Source: Balanoglossus misakiensis
Taxonomy: Eukaryota > Animalia > Hemichordata
Assembly: GCA_040954595.2 (NCBI GenBank)
Contig: CM082576.2
Coordinates: 15,423,028-15,487,027 of the forward strand
DNA length: 64,000 nucleotides
Reading direction: 5' to 3'
Position numbers and translations under genes: made by a program. Positions 38,006-51,075 of the stretch are shown in pieces (the stretch's first letter is position 1; every line of letters starts with the position of its first letter). The notes under the pieces were generated by a model. The model searched no databases. It saw only the letters and a list, made by a program, of their open reading frames with translations, and was not told where the DNA came from.

Positions 38006-40699
38006 GCAGAATTTGCAGTGTGTCTGTCTGTCTATCTGTATATAGCGACCGGATACACGTGTACAATTGCAGGTGAAGATGAGTAATGTCCGAACTGATT
38101 AGTTGCCAATTCATCATCTTGAAAACGCACGCCTAAAGTTCATGATTAGATTTGATTGTTTTCTCAATCATTTGATATAACATAAATTGGTTCGCTGAAA
38201 CTTGACGAATATTGAATCATACAGAATAAAGAACTGTGATATAGTCACCTGTGACAGGTTGATGTATCAATTTTTTCTATGCACATAGAGGAAGCTTTGT
38301 CATTTAAACATCATCATGTCAATAATGCGACCAAGAGTTAGACCCGAATAGTTTATAATTTGCATGGTTTTGTAGGTTATATGAGAGATTGACATAATTA
38401 TTGTAAGTAAGAAGTTTTTAAAACGACTGCGTCATATTATATCATATAAGACGTCGTAATAATATCGATTGTACAAACCTAATAACAAATACGGTAATAT
38501 ATCTAAATTATGAATTAATTGGAATCGACATCAAGTACAATATTGTTCATTGTCATATTGCCAATTTAAGATCATGTCGTTCACGGATAATTTAACCATC
38601 TTCTTATAAATGACGTTTGAGCGCCATGAACATTATTGCTCATATGGGACTCTGAAGAGAATATTCTGTTGACATGCAATATGCATAAAAACGCTAAAGG
38701 TGATACCAAATTAAATGCGTTCGGCAATGCGGCGTACGCCGAGGTATCATTCTTAATTTACCCAAATTGTTTGGTGTTCAATGTTGATGAACAAGTATTG
38801 CAGTCTGCATTCAGCTGGCGGATGTTTACCTGGCAAAACCCCATCTATCAGATGAACAAGCCGAGATTTGGAAATTCACTGATATTGCATGGACAGTATT
38901 TTGGAGATGAGCGCCATTCTTGATTTAACTCAACAAAACGCATAAACGAACGGTTCACTTAAGTTTTTCTACAGATTATTTCTCAGAGCTATAATTAAGG
39001 CAATTCAAACATAATAATGAAATTGATCAGAAATTGTAAAAATAAGTTTTCTTTTAAAGATCTGACAAACTGTTTTGCTGACAGCATGCATTATTCGCAC
39101 GCTGGTAATGTTCGACGGCAGTTATATATGTTCAGATTTTTTTCACCAATCCTAGTACAAAAGCAACAAAATCCGGTAATGGGAATATAAATAATACATG
39201 AATATACATCATACAAATAGATAAAGTTAAAGAGTTTTCTTTTGATAATAAAAGTTCCTTACAAACGGTTTGTTTGACCAAGATATTTGGGCATAAATCC
39301 GTTGCCAAAATCCTATATCATGCAACTTAAATATTTCATAAAATCATTCTGCTATTTCTAATCTTAATGCGTTAATATTTGATTGTACACAATTTAAACT
39401 CCACTTCCTTTACCCGTAGGTTGTTATTTGCATATTTAAACATTTGTCGGAAAGCAGCAAATTCAGCTATCTGTATACATTGTATATGGGTACTGTGTTT
39501 ATTCTGATTCCTATTTTCGTCCTGGCTTCTGTTCTGGGAGCATTTTATGACTGTTGGTTCTAATTTTAATCTTGTGTTTTTTTTCTCACCCGTATGCAGA
39601 TATATGGTATAAAGGACGATGTGCCCATTGATGTATATTTACGGGTATGGGAAAGAGGACAGCCAAACGTCTTCTCATTATATTACTTAAAATCCAAACG
39701 AAACACGCCTCACGTAAACATGCTTACATATTTTGCCAGTCTCAGCTGGTCATCGAACACTGGTAGGGAGAAACACTCACGTAAATATTTGAATAATAAA
39801 TTAGTTGCGATTCAAATATGGTTGCCTGGGTTATCAGCATACACACTGGAGCACTGCCATTCTCTGCATTCTCTGTCTTGGAGATTCAACTTTAAATAGG
39901 GGTGTCCATCGCGACTGAAAGTCATTCTAGTCACGGTACGCCGCAAAGTGGCTCAAAGGGGCTAATTTTATGCACAGCTAATCGTTTGTTTCCCAAAAAC
40001 ATTCTCGAGCACGTGCAAAGACAAAAGGTGTATTGTTTATACATGCCTACATGTACGTCAATATGTATGTGCCTTTAAAGGGAGAGTAGCTGCAGCTTGT
40101 TGATATTAATGACAATATAGCTAGGATATTCAACCGGCTTTTGAGACGTGGTGGTCTTGTGACGTGGCCGGGCGATTTTCAATCTTGTGACGGGTGCTGT
40201 TATTGTGTTGTTAGATCATATCATCAAATAGAAATTTTAGTAATGTTCCAGGTTGAAACTGTACTATCTGCATTCAAATGGCCAATATGAACCAAAGAAT
40301 AGATACGTCAAATATTATAGAATAATCAATTCTCATTCGACTCTTGACGAAATACTTGTATGACTGCAAATGTCATGCCTTATTGACGTTCCAACTAATC
40401 CAGCCAGATTACATTGGTAATCCTTCAGGGATTCACAGCGGATTATCTGCTTAACTTGATACAAATAATTTATCCTTGCCAGCGATACCGGAAGCCTCGC
40501 TGAATGTTAAATTATGTTTGCTATCGACAGGCGATTAAACATGAATAAGATACATCTCCTTTTTAAAACTTTATTCAAAAGTTATCTTGCAGCAATGTAG
40601 ACCAATAGACAAACGCTAGCGCATAGAAAAGTCAGCTTATAGTTTGGTTCATGTGTTTTATGGTTCCATGTTTTCATAAGAATTATGGTCTATTTTGTT

Positions 40700-41033
40700 T
40701 GTATGTATGTATGTATGTATGTATGTATGTATGTATGTATGTATGTATGTATGTATGTATGTATGTATGTATGTATGTATGTATGTATGTATGTATGTAT
40801 GTATGTATGTATGTATGTATGTATGTATGTATGTATGTATGTATGTATGTATGTATGTATGTATGTATGTATGTATGTATGTATGTATGTATGTATGTAT
40901 GTATGTATGTATGTATGTATGTATGTATGTATGTATGTATGTATGTATGTATGTATGTATGTATGTATGTGTGTGTGTATGTATGTATGTATGTATGTAT
41001 GTATTTATGTATGTGTGTATGTGTGTGTGTATG
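40700..41033. repeat. Long (TATG)n microsatellite
   Basis: Direct reading; explains the spurious MYVC-repeat ORFs. Confidence 0.98.
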
Positions 41034-42399
41034 ACTGACTAACTGACTGATTTGTTTGTTGGTTGTTTGTATTTGAACAGCAAAAAGCCTAATTACAGGA
41101 TGTCCATTCTTTTAACTTTAGTTCGAAAGCTTTTCCACTTCTGTTTTCCATTAAACGTAGACAATTTGTTTCTCACCCAACCGAACGTCCATTTATGACC
41201 ACTTTCATAAATTCGAGAGAGTTGGGTAAATTGCATACATTGTTATGTATGGGATCCTCCGGGGTTGACAGGTTAAAGATTAATGACAAACACTTTGAGG
41301 ACCCAAGATGAGGGTTGCCCATATTCTGTTCCTATTTGAAAGTTGTAAATGTAAATTCTCTTGCAAGAGAGGGTCTTGATCTGATTTATTTTTTGACTTG
41401 GGCTGCTTTCATCCATAACTGAATGATTAATAACGTTTGTTTTTTGCTCGAGTTAAAATGTACGCTAATTTCACTTAAACATCTCGCTGTCAGCAGTGGT
41501 CATAAAAGCGTCTCGACATAAATCAAATATTTTACGCAGGAAATCTAATCAGCTAAGGTCAGATGAGGTGACATTTAAATTAACTAGGAAATCATCTGTG
41601 ATTTTTTCCATACCATTTGATCTCTTGTGAATAGCTCGCCAAACACATAAAGGCAAACATCAATTGTCTCTTATTTGCATGATCAAAACCGACATGTACT
41701 CAGTTCGCTCACAGGAAAATACTAAGACCAACACGGTGAAACACATTTCACTTTAATGGCTGGAGTGTTATCTTTGGTAAACACTTAATGTATCGACAAC
41801 TGTGTAAGATTTACGCAGTTAATAGATTATATTACTTTGGCTTTGCTAACTATAAACAAATCGTGTCAAGGACACTGTGGTCCCATTTAGGGATTACACA
41901 AGAAAAAGTCTACACTGGAGTACGTTACAGACAGACACACATATTCGAAAGGAGCATCTCAACCAAAGTTGCCATCCCACCGCTGCCACCTATTGTGACG
42001 GAGACCCGAACGGTCCACCGGTAGGGATACAACAGGACTTATCAGGAAAAGTTGCACACAGCCGAAACTTTTGGTTCCTTCTTCTCATGGTAGGCAGGCT
42101 AAACACGTGACCCAGAACGCACTTCTGATTGGTGTAGAACTTACCAAGGACTAGATGGGGGAACCCCTCCATAGCTTGTCACTCATACAAGACAGCCCAA
42201 CATCGGTCACCATGGCAACATCACCACGCAAGTGAAGCCACACAAAAACACCTGAGAAGATTAGCCTAGCTCCATATATAAATTAGAGGTGATTTGTATC
42301 CCTTTACATGTAGGTTTCGAGTATATCAGATTCTGTCTCATGAGAATTAGCAAGGAGTTTGCCGTAAAATACTGTACATCTTAGGAAAAGAATGCTTAA

Positions 42400-42748
42400 G
42401 AGGACAAAGTTTCTCTCTCGCTGCCCTTTTTCCATTAATGATGTTTGATACAAGACACCGTTTGTGTTATTCTTCATGTGGATATATAGTGAATCAACGT
42501 TCAACCACAAACAACTTCCACCCACTTGTTGAACGGAGAGTGAAACAATCGCCAAAATGAATAATCAGTCTCTACCATGTATTCATTTTGGGCGAGATTT
42601 TTACTCTCATGTCCTACAAACGGGTTGGAAGTTGTGTGTGGTCAAACGTTGATTGACTATTTATCCACATGAAGAATAACATAAACGGTGTCTTGTATCA
42701 ATCATAATTAATGGAAAAATGGCAGCTAGAGAGAGAGACTTTGTCCCT
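42400..42748. mobile_element. TTAA fold-back MITE family B (Kolobok-like RR..YY ends)
   Basis: TTAA at 42396-42399 and 42749-42752; long inverted arms plus an inner hairpin. Confidence 0.85.
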
Positions 42749-44354
42749 TTAATAATTATGCTGTTACTTCTCCACACACAAACACAACAGATATGGGACA
42801 TATGCATATAACCATGCATCAGTATAGGCCCTATCCAGATATTCAGCTCTGACACACGTAGTACGAGTCGAACCCAACTCATCGTTTACCGGTTTACTTC
42901 CTTTATTCGACTCACGCATCACTTAAAAGTTTGAAAACTGACATTCCACCGAACAGCAGAGCGGCATTAAGATGTGTAGTGCAACAATTTCGAAACTGCA
43001 GCTCGGGGTTCAGGGGTTATGTTAACAGGGATAATGCTGTCATCCATGCGTGTTAGCATATCTGCCGCCGAGACATACATCCAGATGGTCTCTTAATAAA
43101 ACACACAACTGAGCACATATAAAACTATAGAAAACACACATCACTTTTTATGCGGATGAAAATAAGCACATCGTCAGCAAGCGACAGGTTGGTTTCTTTA
43201 CACATAAATAGATTTTACGGTTCTTTTCACTGAATATGTGTGATGATTGCCAACGTTTGATCGCATCTAGACTGTTCGTCGAAAGGCAGATGGCGACCAG
43301 GCACTCTGGCAGATGACGCCATTGCCAAAATCAACACTGGGGTGACAGAGTCACCCCTTCAATTTGCATAGATTGCCGTGTGAGATTAAAGAGCGAGTAT
43401 CGAATGAAATAAATACCGTTTATCTGATCAGAGCCAGTCAGTAGAGAATGGAAGAGCTCCTCAACCAAATGAGAGAAATATCAGATCTTCCTCTCTGGAC
43501 TTGTCTTATTTCCAACAGTAGACGACATCAAAGGGTACCTCTTTTTGCTAATGTGACGCACATCAAAACAACTAAGAGAGGTACATGTATGCCGCGCTGT
43601 ATACCACACATGAAGGTGCTTGTATTATTCTGCTATGTATAGATGTTGGTCTCAATTTATTTTAAACGTCCGGAAATAGAAGCTGCACAATCATCATTCG
43701 TCCTCTCGTTGTTAACATTGTCCATTTTTTCCTATTTCAAGCTCCACATGCGAAAATACGCTGAGACAGACGAATTCACGGCTTGAAATCTGAACGTATC
43801 CCATATAGCCACATTTCCAACTGTGAAAGGCGATCGGGCGATCCAGATGCAGGTTGCAGGACCATTCCAATGGGATTGCGATGTACACATTCAAAGTGTA
43901 TAATCTCACATTCAAAATATCCCTTTTTTACAATTATATCACATTGAGAAACACCCGACCGAGTTAAAATGATGCATGCAATAAATTTCAACGATATAAT
44001 CAATCCTAATAACAGCGCACATTAGAAACACGTGAAGTGGGGACAAGATATGTCGACATTTTTAATACGGTCCACCTCTGTTTCTGAAATAAATAATTCT
44101 GTAAACGTGCCATGATATCAACGTATGTGGATTGCCATATCAGTACAAAGGGCGACAAATAACGAGATATATATCACCAGTAAATTGTGGAGCATACTGT
44201 GCGTGGGCTATACACGGACCTCGTCTCTACAGTAGCAGTCGATCGACGGTGTCATGCATTGTCGTCAGTCACTGTGATTTCGATCCATGAGTTTCGAGTC
44301 TTTCTGAATCAGTGCGGTTTCGTAAATCTCTATCCCATGCCCCCAAGGCCCCCA

Positions 44355-44400
44355 AAACAAACAAACAAACAAACAAACAAACAAACAAACAAACAAAACA
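44355..44400. repeat. (AAAC)n microsatellite
   Basis: Direct reading. Confidence 0.95.
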
Positions 44401-45280
44401 TGTATCTGACTTCTCTTTTAGGCGAGTTCATTTGCATCGGTTCATCACAGCACTTTTATTGTGATTTCTCAGATGGAGCCTAATTAAAACATACGAGCCC
44501 ATGTCGTCACTGTTATAAAACAATTGCACAATGCCAGTATGATGCATTGAATGCGAGACAAAACATGCAATATTATTTGCGTGTGAAATTACGGTGGCGC
44601 ATGGGGTCATTTTTTACACCTTGTATAAGATTATTCCATTTCGTCGAAAAACAACAACATCGAAATGTGAATTTAATGCATGTCTTACATATACCTTTAA
44701 AAATAACATCCGCTCAATTTTTCGCCGAGTTACAAATTGATATGTTTCAACGCACTATAATTCACGCTTAATCGTAATATCTCTCGCTCAAATTAATGCC
44801 ATATTGAGCATTTACACGTCACAAATAGCATGATGAAAATTGAGAACGCAGGATTGAAACATATGTTCCTTTATATATGGCCTACTCATATCACAACACA
44901 ATAGGCCGTGTTCGATATACATATGCTGCAGTGTTAATCACTGATAACAAAATGTCATTAAATATGCAAACAACAATTCATCGATTAGAAACTGGAAGTG
45001 TCTGTTTATACATTGTATTCTAAGCGATGATATACTACCATAACCTTGTTCAGAAATCACAATCATTACTAGTCAACTCACAGCTGCACAACACACCACA
45101 ACAACACGCATGAAAGCAAATTCTTCCCGACATATAGAGCTATAGCCATATATCAACCTGTAAGTCATATGCATTTCTACTTTAAAATAATTCAGGATTA
45201 AACTTCATCAGCACCACATTTCAAAGGGAAGTCAAGTGTAAAGTTGAAAATAACAATTTTGAAACATATATCTCAATTAA

Positions 45281-45628
45281 AGGGACAAAGTCTCTCTCCA
45301 ACTGCCTCTTTTCCATTAATTATGTTTGATACAAGACACTGTTTATGTTAATGTAAATGTGGATATATAGTGAATCAATGATCAACCACACAAAACTTCC
45401 ATCCCACTTGTATGATATGAGAGTAAAAACTCCCCCAAAATGAATAAATGGTAAAGAACAATTATTCATTTTGGCGAGTTTTTTTCACTCTCCTGTCTAT
45501 AAGAGGGATGGAAGTTGTGTGTTGTTGAACGTTCATTCACTAAATAACCACATGTAGAATAACAAACGGTGTCTTGTATCAAATATAATTAATGGAAAAA
45601 AGGGCAGCAAGAGAGAGACTTTGTCCCT
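45281..45628. mobile_element. TTAA fold-back MITE family B, complete copy
   Basis: TTAA|AGGGACAAAGTCTCTCTC ... GAGAGAGACTTTGTCCCT|TTAA; almost wholly self-complementary. Confidence 0.9.
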
Positions 45629-46959
45629 TTAACACAGCGCTTGAAACATTCAAAGGAAACTTGTATGTGAGAGGTAATTACTCGTACTTTATTTTCCCTT
45701 TTGGGTTAGATATTAGTTAATTCCACAATCTCTCGATCTTGATATCGAGACACAGGACAAGCTTGTAAAACAACATGTAGCAAATATATAACGTATATAT
45801 ATGAACCAGTTTGCGAAGGAAGGTATAGGATCGAATATCAAACGCATTTTTTTCCAGATTCAATTGAGGTATCCTGCTTTTCTCTCTGATGCGCGACCTA
45901 TAAATAAATTATTTGCACGCCAATAAACGTTCTAATTGAAATCAAAAGATGTGTGTATCTAGCGCACACCGTCACTGTTGGCTTACAATGCATAGTTGTT
46001 TGTAGGTCCTCGTTATTCCCTGGAGGGAGGCATGTCAATTTGTGTAAAACAAACAATAATTTCCTGCACAATGAAGCGGCTCTTTTTTGTCCATAACACA
46101 AATTAATTGTCAACCAACCAACCCGTATAAATAGTACGAAAAATAAAAGGAGAGTGTCAGACTTTATCCACCGCGAAGATGAAAATATACGACTGCGAAA
46201 AACCAATTTCACTTTTGGGAAAAAGGCTCACAGGCACGGCATGGGTGTCTAACCAAGTGGTAAACGCGCCGCTCTGCGCCCGTTCTTCTATCAACACGTG
46301 TCTTAAATGACAACAACCCGCTGTGGGTCATCCGTGTTTTAGACAATTGAATAGTTAAGTACAGTCATTCCAATCTATATCATCAAGCCATCACACGTGG
46401 GAGGAGACGAAACGGCGTACCAAAAGATCATCAGCCCACGATGGAAGCTCACTGTCGGGGGTTGATTAAGACGCGAAGACAACATTCGTCCTGCAAAATT
46501 TCTTTGAAGCTTTCTTTGAGAGGGTCCAGGAAGTGTGTATTTATTTGATAATGTCGTGCAAATACTCGAAAATTATTTTATTTGAAGTCTCCGGGCCCTC
46601 TTTCAACACCGCGGTCAAAGCATTGCACGGCAATTTTACTCTGACTTCCCCATTATTTTGTCAACAGTAAGACTAAAATCATATGTCCGTATGATTATTT
46701 CTTTTTACCATTTCCATTTGATCAGCTTTTTTGCAAAGGGAGGTTCTTTACACACACGCGCACGCACGTACATGCAGCCATACATATTACATTACATGTA
46801 TGCGCATCTGGGCTGCTAAGATTCGGTGTAAACGCGATAGATAGATAGGTGTTGCCCAAATCGCAAAACGATGATGTGAAGCAGTTTAAATTCATTGTGA
46901 AATAGCAATTAATTACTTGTACATGTGTGTAATGGTGACGTATGGGCGCAAGCACATAC

Positions 46960-46979
46960 ATACAGACATACAGACATAT

Positions 46980-47010
<31 letters not shown>

Positions 47011-47013
47011 GGC

Positions 47014-47054
<41 letters not shown>
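46960..47054. repeat. (GACA)n/(CATA)n microsatellite
   Basis: Direct reading. Confidence 0.95.
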
Positions 47055-47204
47055 TTCATAATACAATGTCGTACGAACGAGTTGCACGGATGAGAGGCTG
47101 CAAATAAAAATAGCATACGTCCGTAAATCTGTATCTCTATCTCGTCCTTCCCAAAATAGTGGTCGATACACAACGCTGCTATTAAAAGTTATATCTTCTC
47201 TCAC

Positions 47205-47257
47205 CTTTGCGTTAGCTGAAAAAGCGCACAGACCAACATAATGGATGCCATCACCAT
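47205..47257 (-). CDS. Candidate distal first coding exon (signal peptide MVMASIMLVCALFQLTQ-R) of the GlyR-like gene
   Basis: ATG in actATGg context, hydrophobic 17-codon run, strong phase-2 donor AAAG|gtgaga compatible with the phase-2 acceptor at 18395; CpG-rich upstream region containing CCAAT. Confidence 0.55.
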
Positions 47258-49851
47258 AGTGACGAGCTGCCGGGGATGAGGATCGACAAGTGTGAACTTC
47301 TGGCAGTTCTTCTCTTCTGAGACTAATGGTCGATCAGTAACTTCCTATTCGGAATATCGCAGCCAATGGGGTGTCTATGCGATCAGTTGGCGACGAATGT
47401 TTTTGGGTATCCTGGTTGAGAGTGCGCAGGTTGTCGCCCTAAATTGACAGCGAGTGCGGGTTAACAACCAATGACTAAGAGCGGCGAACTGCGCGTGCTC
47501 ACAGCGACCAGACCCACCGTGAGCGTTTCTCCTCGCACAAATGTAACTACCGTAAAACGGGTTATTTTCGCGATATTAACAGAGGCAACTGTTATGCGAG
47601 GATTAATTTTCACGTTCTCGAATTTCACTGCATCGATCTCCGAAAAACTCACTGCAGATCTAACGCACTACATAATAACAAACACTTTATATCTCCACAC
47701 ATCTCTTTTACTGACTGTTCTATTGGAAAAAAAATAACAAATACACAATCTACACATTTGCAAGTTAACGACTCGGCGGGTGTACAATATAGAATTAACA
47801 ACAGAAGTCGAATTGATGTTTTGGGTGATTGGAATGTTTAAAGTCACTCCAACACGTTGCCAGTCGGAAGGAACACATCAGGAATTATTAATAATTTTTA
47901 AAAGTGCTTGGTTTCTTTGCTCGCACAGAAAACAATAAACTCCCCCGTACTTGATTCAAAGAGGTATGTAGCATTGATTTGCTTTACTAAAGTGTTCAAC
48001 CATCTATATACCAACCCCTTTCATCTGCTAAAATACATGTCAACTTGTGCATTTGTGTGAACTTTCATCATTTGAAAAACGTACAAAATGACAAAAAAGC
48101 AAAAAAGGACAAAGAAAATGTCTGAAACAGGACTGATTTTAAAGTACCTTATAGTTGGCTAAAACTCTTTGAGTGAATGACTATATATGTATGTGACTTC
48201 TTTAGTTTCCCTACAAAGATTTATTTGACTACGTTGGAATAAGTAATTGTCTCTGTTGCTGATCAGAAACTTTGCATGTTGTTGTTCATATACTCTTGAT
48301 TTCGCTTCCCGATCTTCATATTACTTCATATATTTACATTTATATCCCTGCACCAGAATATACCTGTACTGGTCATTTTGCTCTGTTTGTGGGAGATACA
48401 AAAACACGACACAACCAGAATTGGCGAAAAATGGCCAAGAGATATTGACCCTTTATTGCAAAGTTAACAATGTGTAAAGATGATGAAAAATTCCTCGCCA
48501 GTTGCCTGCCTCAATAAAACAGCAAAAACCTCAACAAGGTAGGTATAGGTCAAAGGTCAACTGGCGAGGAAAATTAACATAACACTAAACACTGTAAAAT
48601 AGGTACATAAAGAATCTCCCACAAAGGTGTGGGCCTAAAAACGCCTCTAACAACTACAATCCAATGCGACAATGAGATAAGTAAAGATACAAAGTCCATA
48701 TAAGCTCTAAAATACATATACCTCCTTCCCATAGGGGAGGTAGATGGGGAGGCGGTGGGAGTGAAAATTCGAGGAGATGAACCAGCTCGTTGTCTTGAAG
48801 TAACGGCTGTAAAATGGAAAAGGCTGTTCCTAGTATTGACTCCCCCCCTATAGGAAACTGCAAATATTGTCAAGGCGGGAAAATGAAGTTGCTCTTCCAT
48901 GAAGTGTCTCCCCCGGAGACTAAAGTGCTGTAAACCTCCCTGTCGGATAATAGAAAACTGTAAAACTTGATCACTATGAAGCATGTCTATCAATGCGATT
49001 ATAATAGTGATTATAATCGTGCTTTTCTTGCTATACCATATTTCTCACCTAATAGACACCGTGGGAGCACTCGAAAAACATACAATTTTCATAAATCTGA
49101 GTGTCTGACTTTATAATATTGTCATTATTTTACTCACAAGTGAAAATTGGATACACTTGATAAAAAACAACATTTGCATGATAAACAGAGTTGTGTAGTT
49201 AGGTAAAAATAAGAAATATGCCAGTCTTACTGTATTGGTACCAGCAAAATTATGATGACAGCGAGAAGTAACGAATGATTGAAACACAATGACTAATTCA
49301 AAATCCTTCTGAGTTCTCACTCACGGCAGAGCGTACACGTTGGCAACACACTAAGCTATAAAAACAACTTTATATATTTACACATTTCTTTACAATGATA
49401 AATGGAAAGCAAAACAACAACTTATAAATTAACTTATATAATATCTCTAAATATCAAAAGCATCAATCGATATTTAGGTGATTACAATGTTCAAAATGGC
49501 TTTGCAGTGTAGATGTTACGGAACAGCGAAGGGGTTACTATGATTTTAAAACGAGGTTATATGCTCACAAGAGAGAACGATGTTCGTTGATTCAAAATGT
49601 TGTATGTCTTTCTTTCAGAAGCACGTGTCTGACTGACCAACCTAGTTTCACCTCCTACACTACTGAGACCAGGATTTTCTGCTAGCATCCAAATTAACGT
49701 GTACATTTTCAGATGAATGCAACCTGGCTACAAAATTGCAGAAATGTTTCAATTAACTCACAAAATAAAAGTGCATGAGGGAATCAATAAACTACTTCCT
49801 TGGTATCACTAAATTATTTATCTCACCAATATGGCATCAAAATAATGTTCT

Positions 49852-51075
49852 TTATTGCAGATTACAATATTTTCTTCCCTGTTTGGATAGCCCTGTTTTA
49901 GCCTCCTGTGCTTTTTTACCCCAGAAATACTCCAGACCATACTCCTCTACCCTGTTCATGTATTTCAGTGCGTTGGCAGTTTCCCCTTGTACTTGGTAAA
50001 CTTCAGCAATAAGATAACATGCCCATGATATGTTGAATGGGTCATAAAGTGTGCCGATCAGATGGGTACATATTTTGGATGCATCACCGTGGCGCTTGAA
50101 GAAAGAGAGAGCACAGACCTTCGAAAGAGATGCGTCAGGATACAAACCACCCGCATTTGCAACTGCTCTGTCGAAATATTCTATGGCTTTCAAAAGACAC
50201 TGGTGATTACTTTCTATCGGATTGTGTTGGTATTTGGCCAGGTATGCGGTTCCTAGGTTACACATGAAGTGTGGATTGTATGGATCTTGTGCCACAGCAT
50301 CGTTAATGACTCGCAATGCTTTCTCGAAGTCTCGAACAGTTCTGTGGCAGTAATAATTGCGTGCATAAGTCACTGCGATATTGGATAAAGGGTTTAATTC
50401 GAGTGCTTTCTGAATGAGTTGACCTGCTTCTTCACAGCGACCTTCCTCGATTGACAGCTCACTTAAAAGTGCCAAAGCATAGGTGTGGTGGGCATTTATC
50501 TCGAGGATTCTCTCAAGTAAATTTCTTTCCTGGGTCCTAATTTGTATAGCTTCCTTGCATTCTGAATTTTCATAAATACGAAAACGCTTTTGCGCAAGAA
50601 TGTATGCTTGTGACGTCAACCAATCTGTTTGGTTTGGCAACTCTTCTAAAGCACGCTCTAAGCTATTAATTCCCTCATCACACGTTTGCTTGACAAAATA
50701 AGAAAGAGAGATACCCTTGTGAGCATAAACGTACGCTTTCTGTTTCCCTGACAATTTATCAAGCGACAAAGTTGCTATCAACTTTAGTGTTTCGTCAGTT
50801 TTGGCTATATCGCCTAAAATGTAATAAACCCATGCCTTATCTGCAAGAAGAACCAACTTATCACCAAGTGGACCATCGTCGTCACCATCACAGCTGTCGA
50901 TTTCTTTCTGATTGTCGGTGAGGGCGTCATCAAACCTCTGCAAAGCTGCTCTTGCATTTCTCTTATCTGATCTCAGTTTGGTCGAGTACAGGTAACCTTT
51001 CATAGCTTTATGGGGAACTGTCGAGGCAGCCGGCTCGTGATATTTAAGGTTGTTGTCCGAATAACACTGTAAGAC
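49852..51075 (-). CDS. Last exon: IFIT-like TPR array
   Basis: ctccag|GTC; LVLLADKAWVYYILG resembles IFIT LVTWGNFAWMYYHMG; several TPRs (ALEELP, ALELNP, AVAQDP). Confidence 0.88.
   Translation of the reverse strand, partial: VLQCYSDNNLKYHEPAASTVPHKAMKGYLYSTKLRSDKRNARAALQRFDDALTDNQKEIDSCDGDDDGPLGDKLVLLADKAWVYYILGDIAKTDETLKLIATLSLDKLSGKQKAYVYAHKGISLSYFVKQTCDEGINSLERALEELPNQTDWLTSQAYILAQKRFRIYENSECKEAIQIRTQERNLLERILEINAHHTYALALLSELSIEEGRCEEAGQLIQKALELNPLSNIAVTYARNYYCHRTVRDFEKALRVINDAVAQDPYNPHFMCNLGTAYLAKYQHNPIESNHQCLLKAIEYFDRAVANAGGLYPDASLSKVCALSFFKRHGDASKICTHLIGTLYDPFNISWACYLIAEVYQVQGETANALKYMNRVEEYGLEYFWGKKAQEAKTGLSKQGRKYCNLQ

Larger units (their letters stand above)
33785..38020. mobile_element. 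Non-autonomous CACTA/EnSpm (CMC) DNA transposon, 4236 bp
   Basis: Perfect 13-bp TIR CACTGCAAATTCT / AGAATTTGCAGTG, 2-bp TG TSD, subterminal motif arrays at both ends, no transposase ORF seen. Confidence 0.85.

Noticed and set aside
40651-41042. MYVC-repeat ORFs
   Set aside because: Translations of the (TATG)n microsatellite.
41995-42380. Possible solo LTR (TGTGACG start, CCAAT-like and TATA-like motifs)
   Set aside because: No matching 3' end with TSD and no second copy in the window.
48590-48980. Transposon-end-like stretch with recurring TGTAAAA motifs
   Set aside because: Only one plausible terminus; no TIR partner or TSD found.
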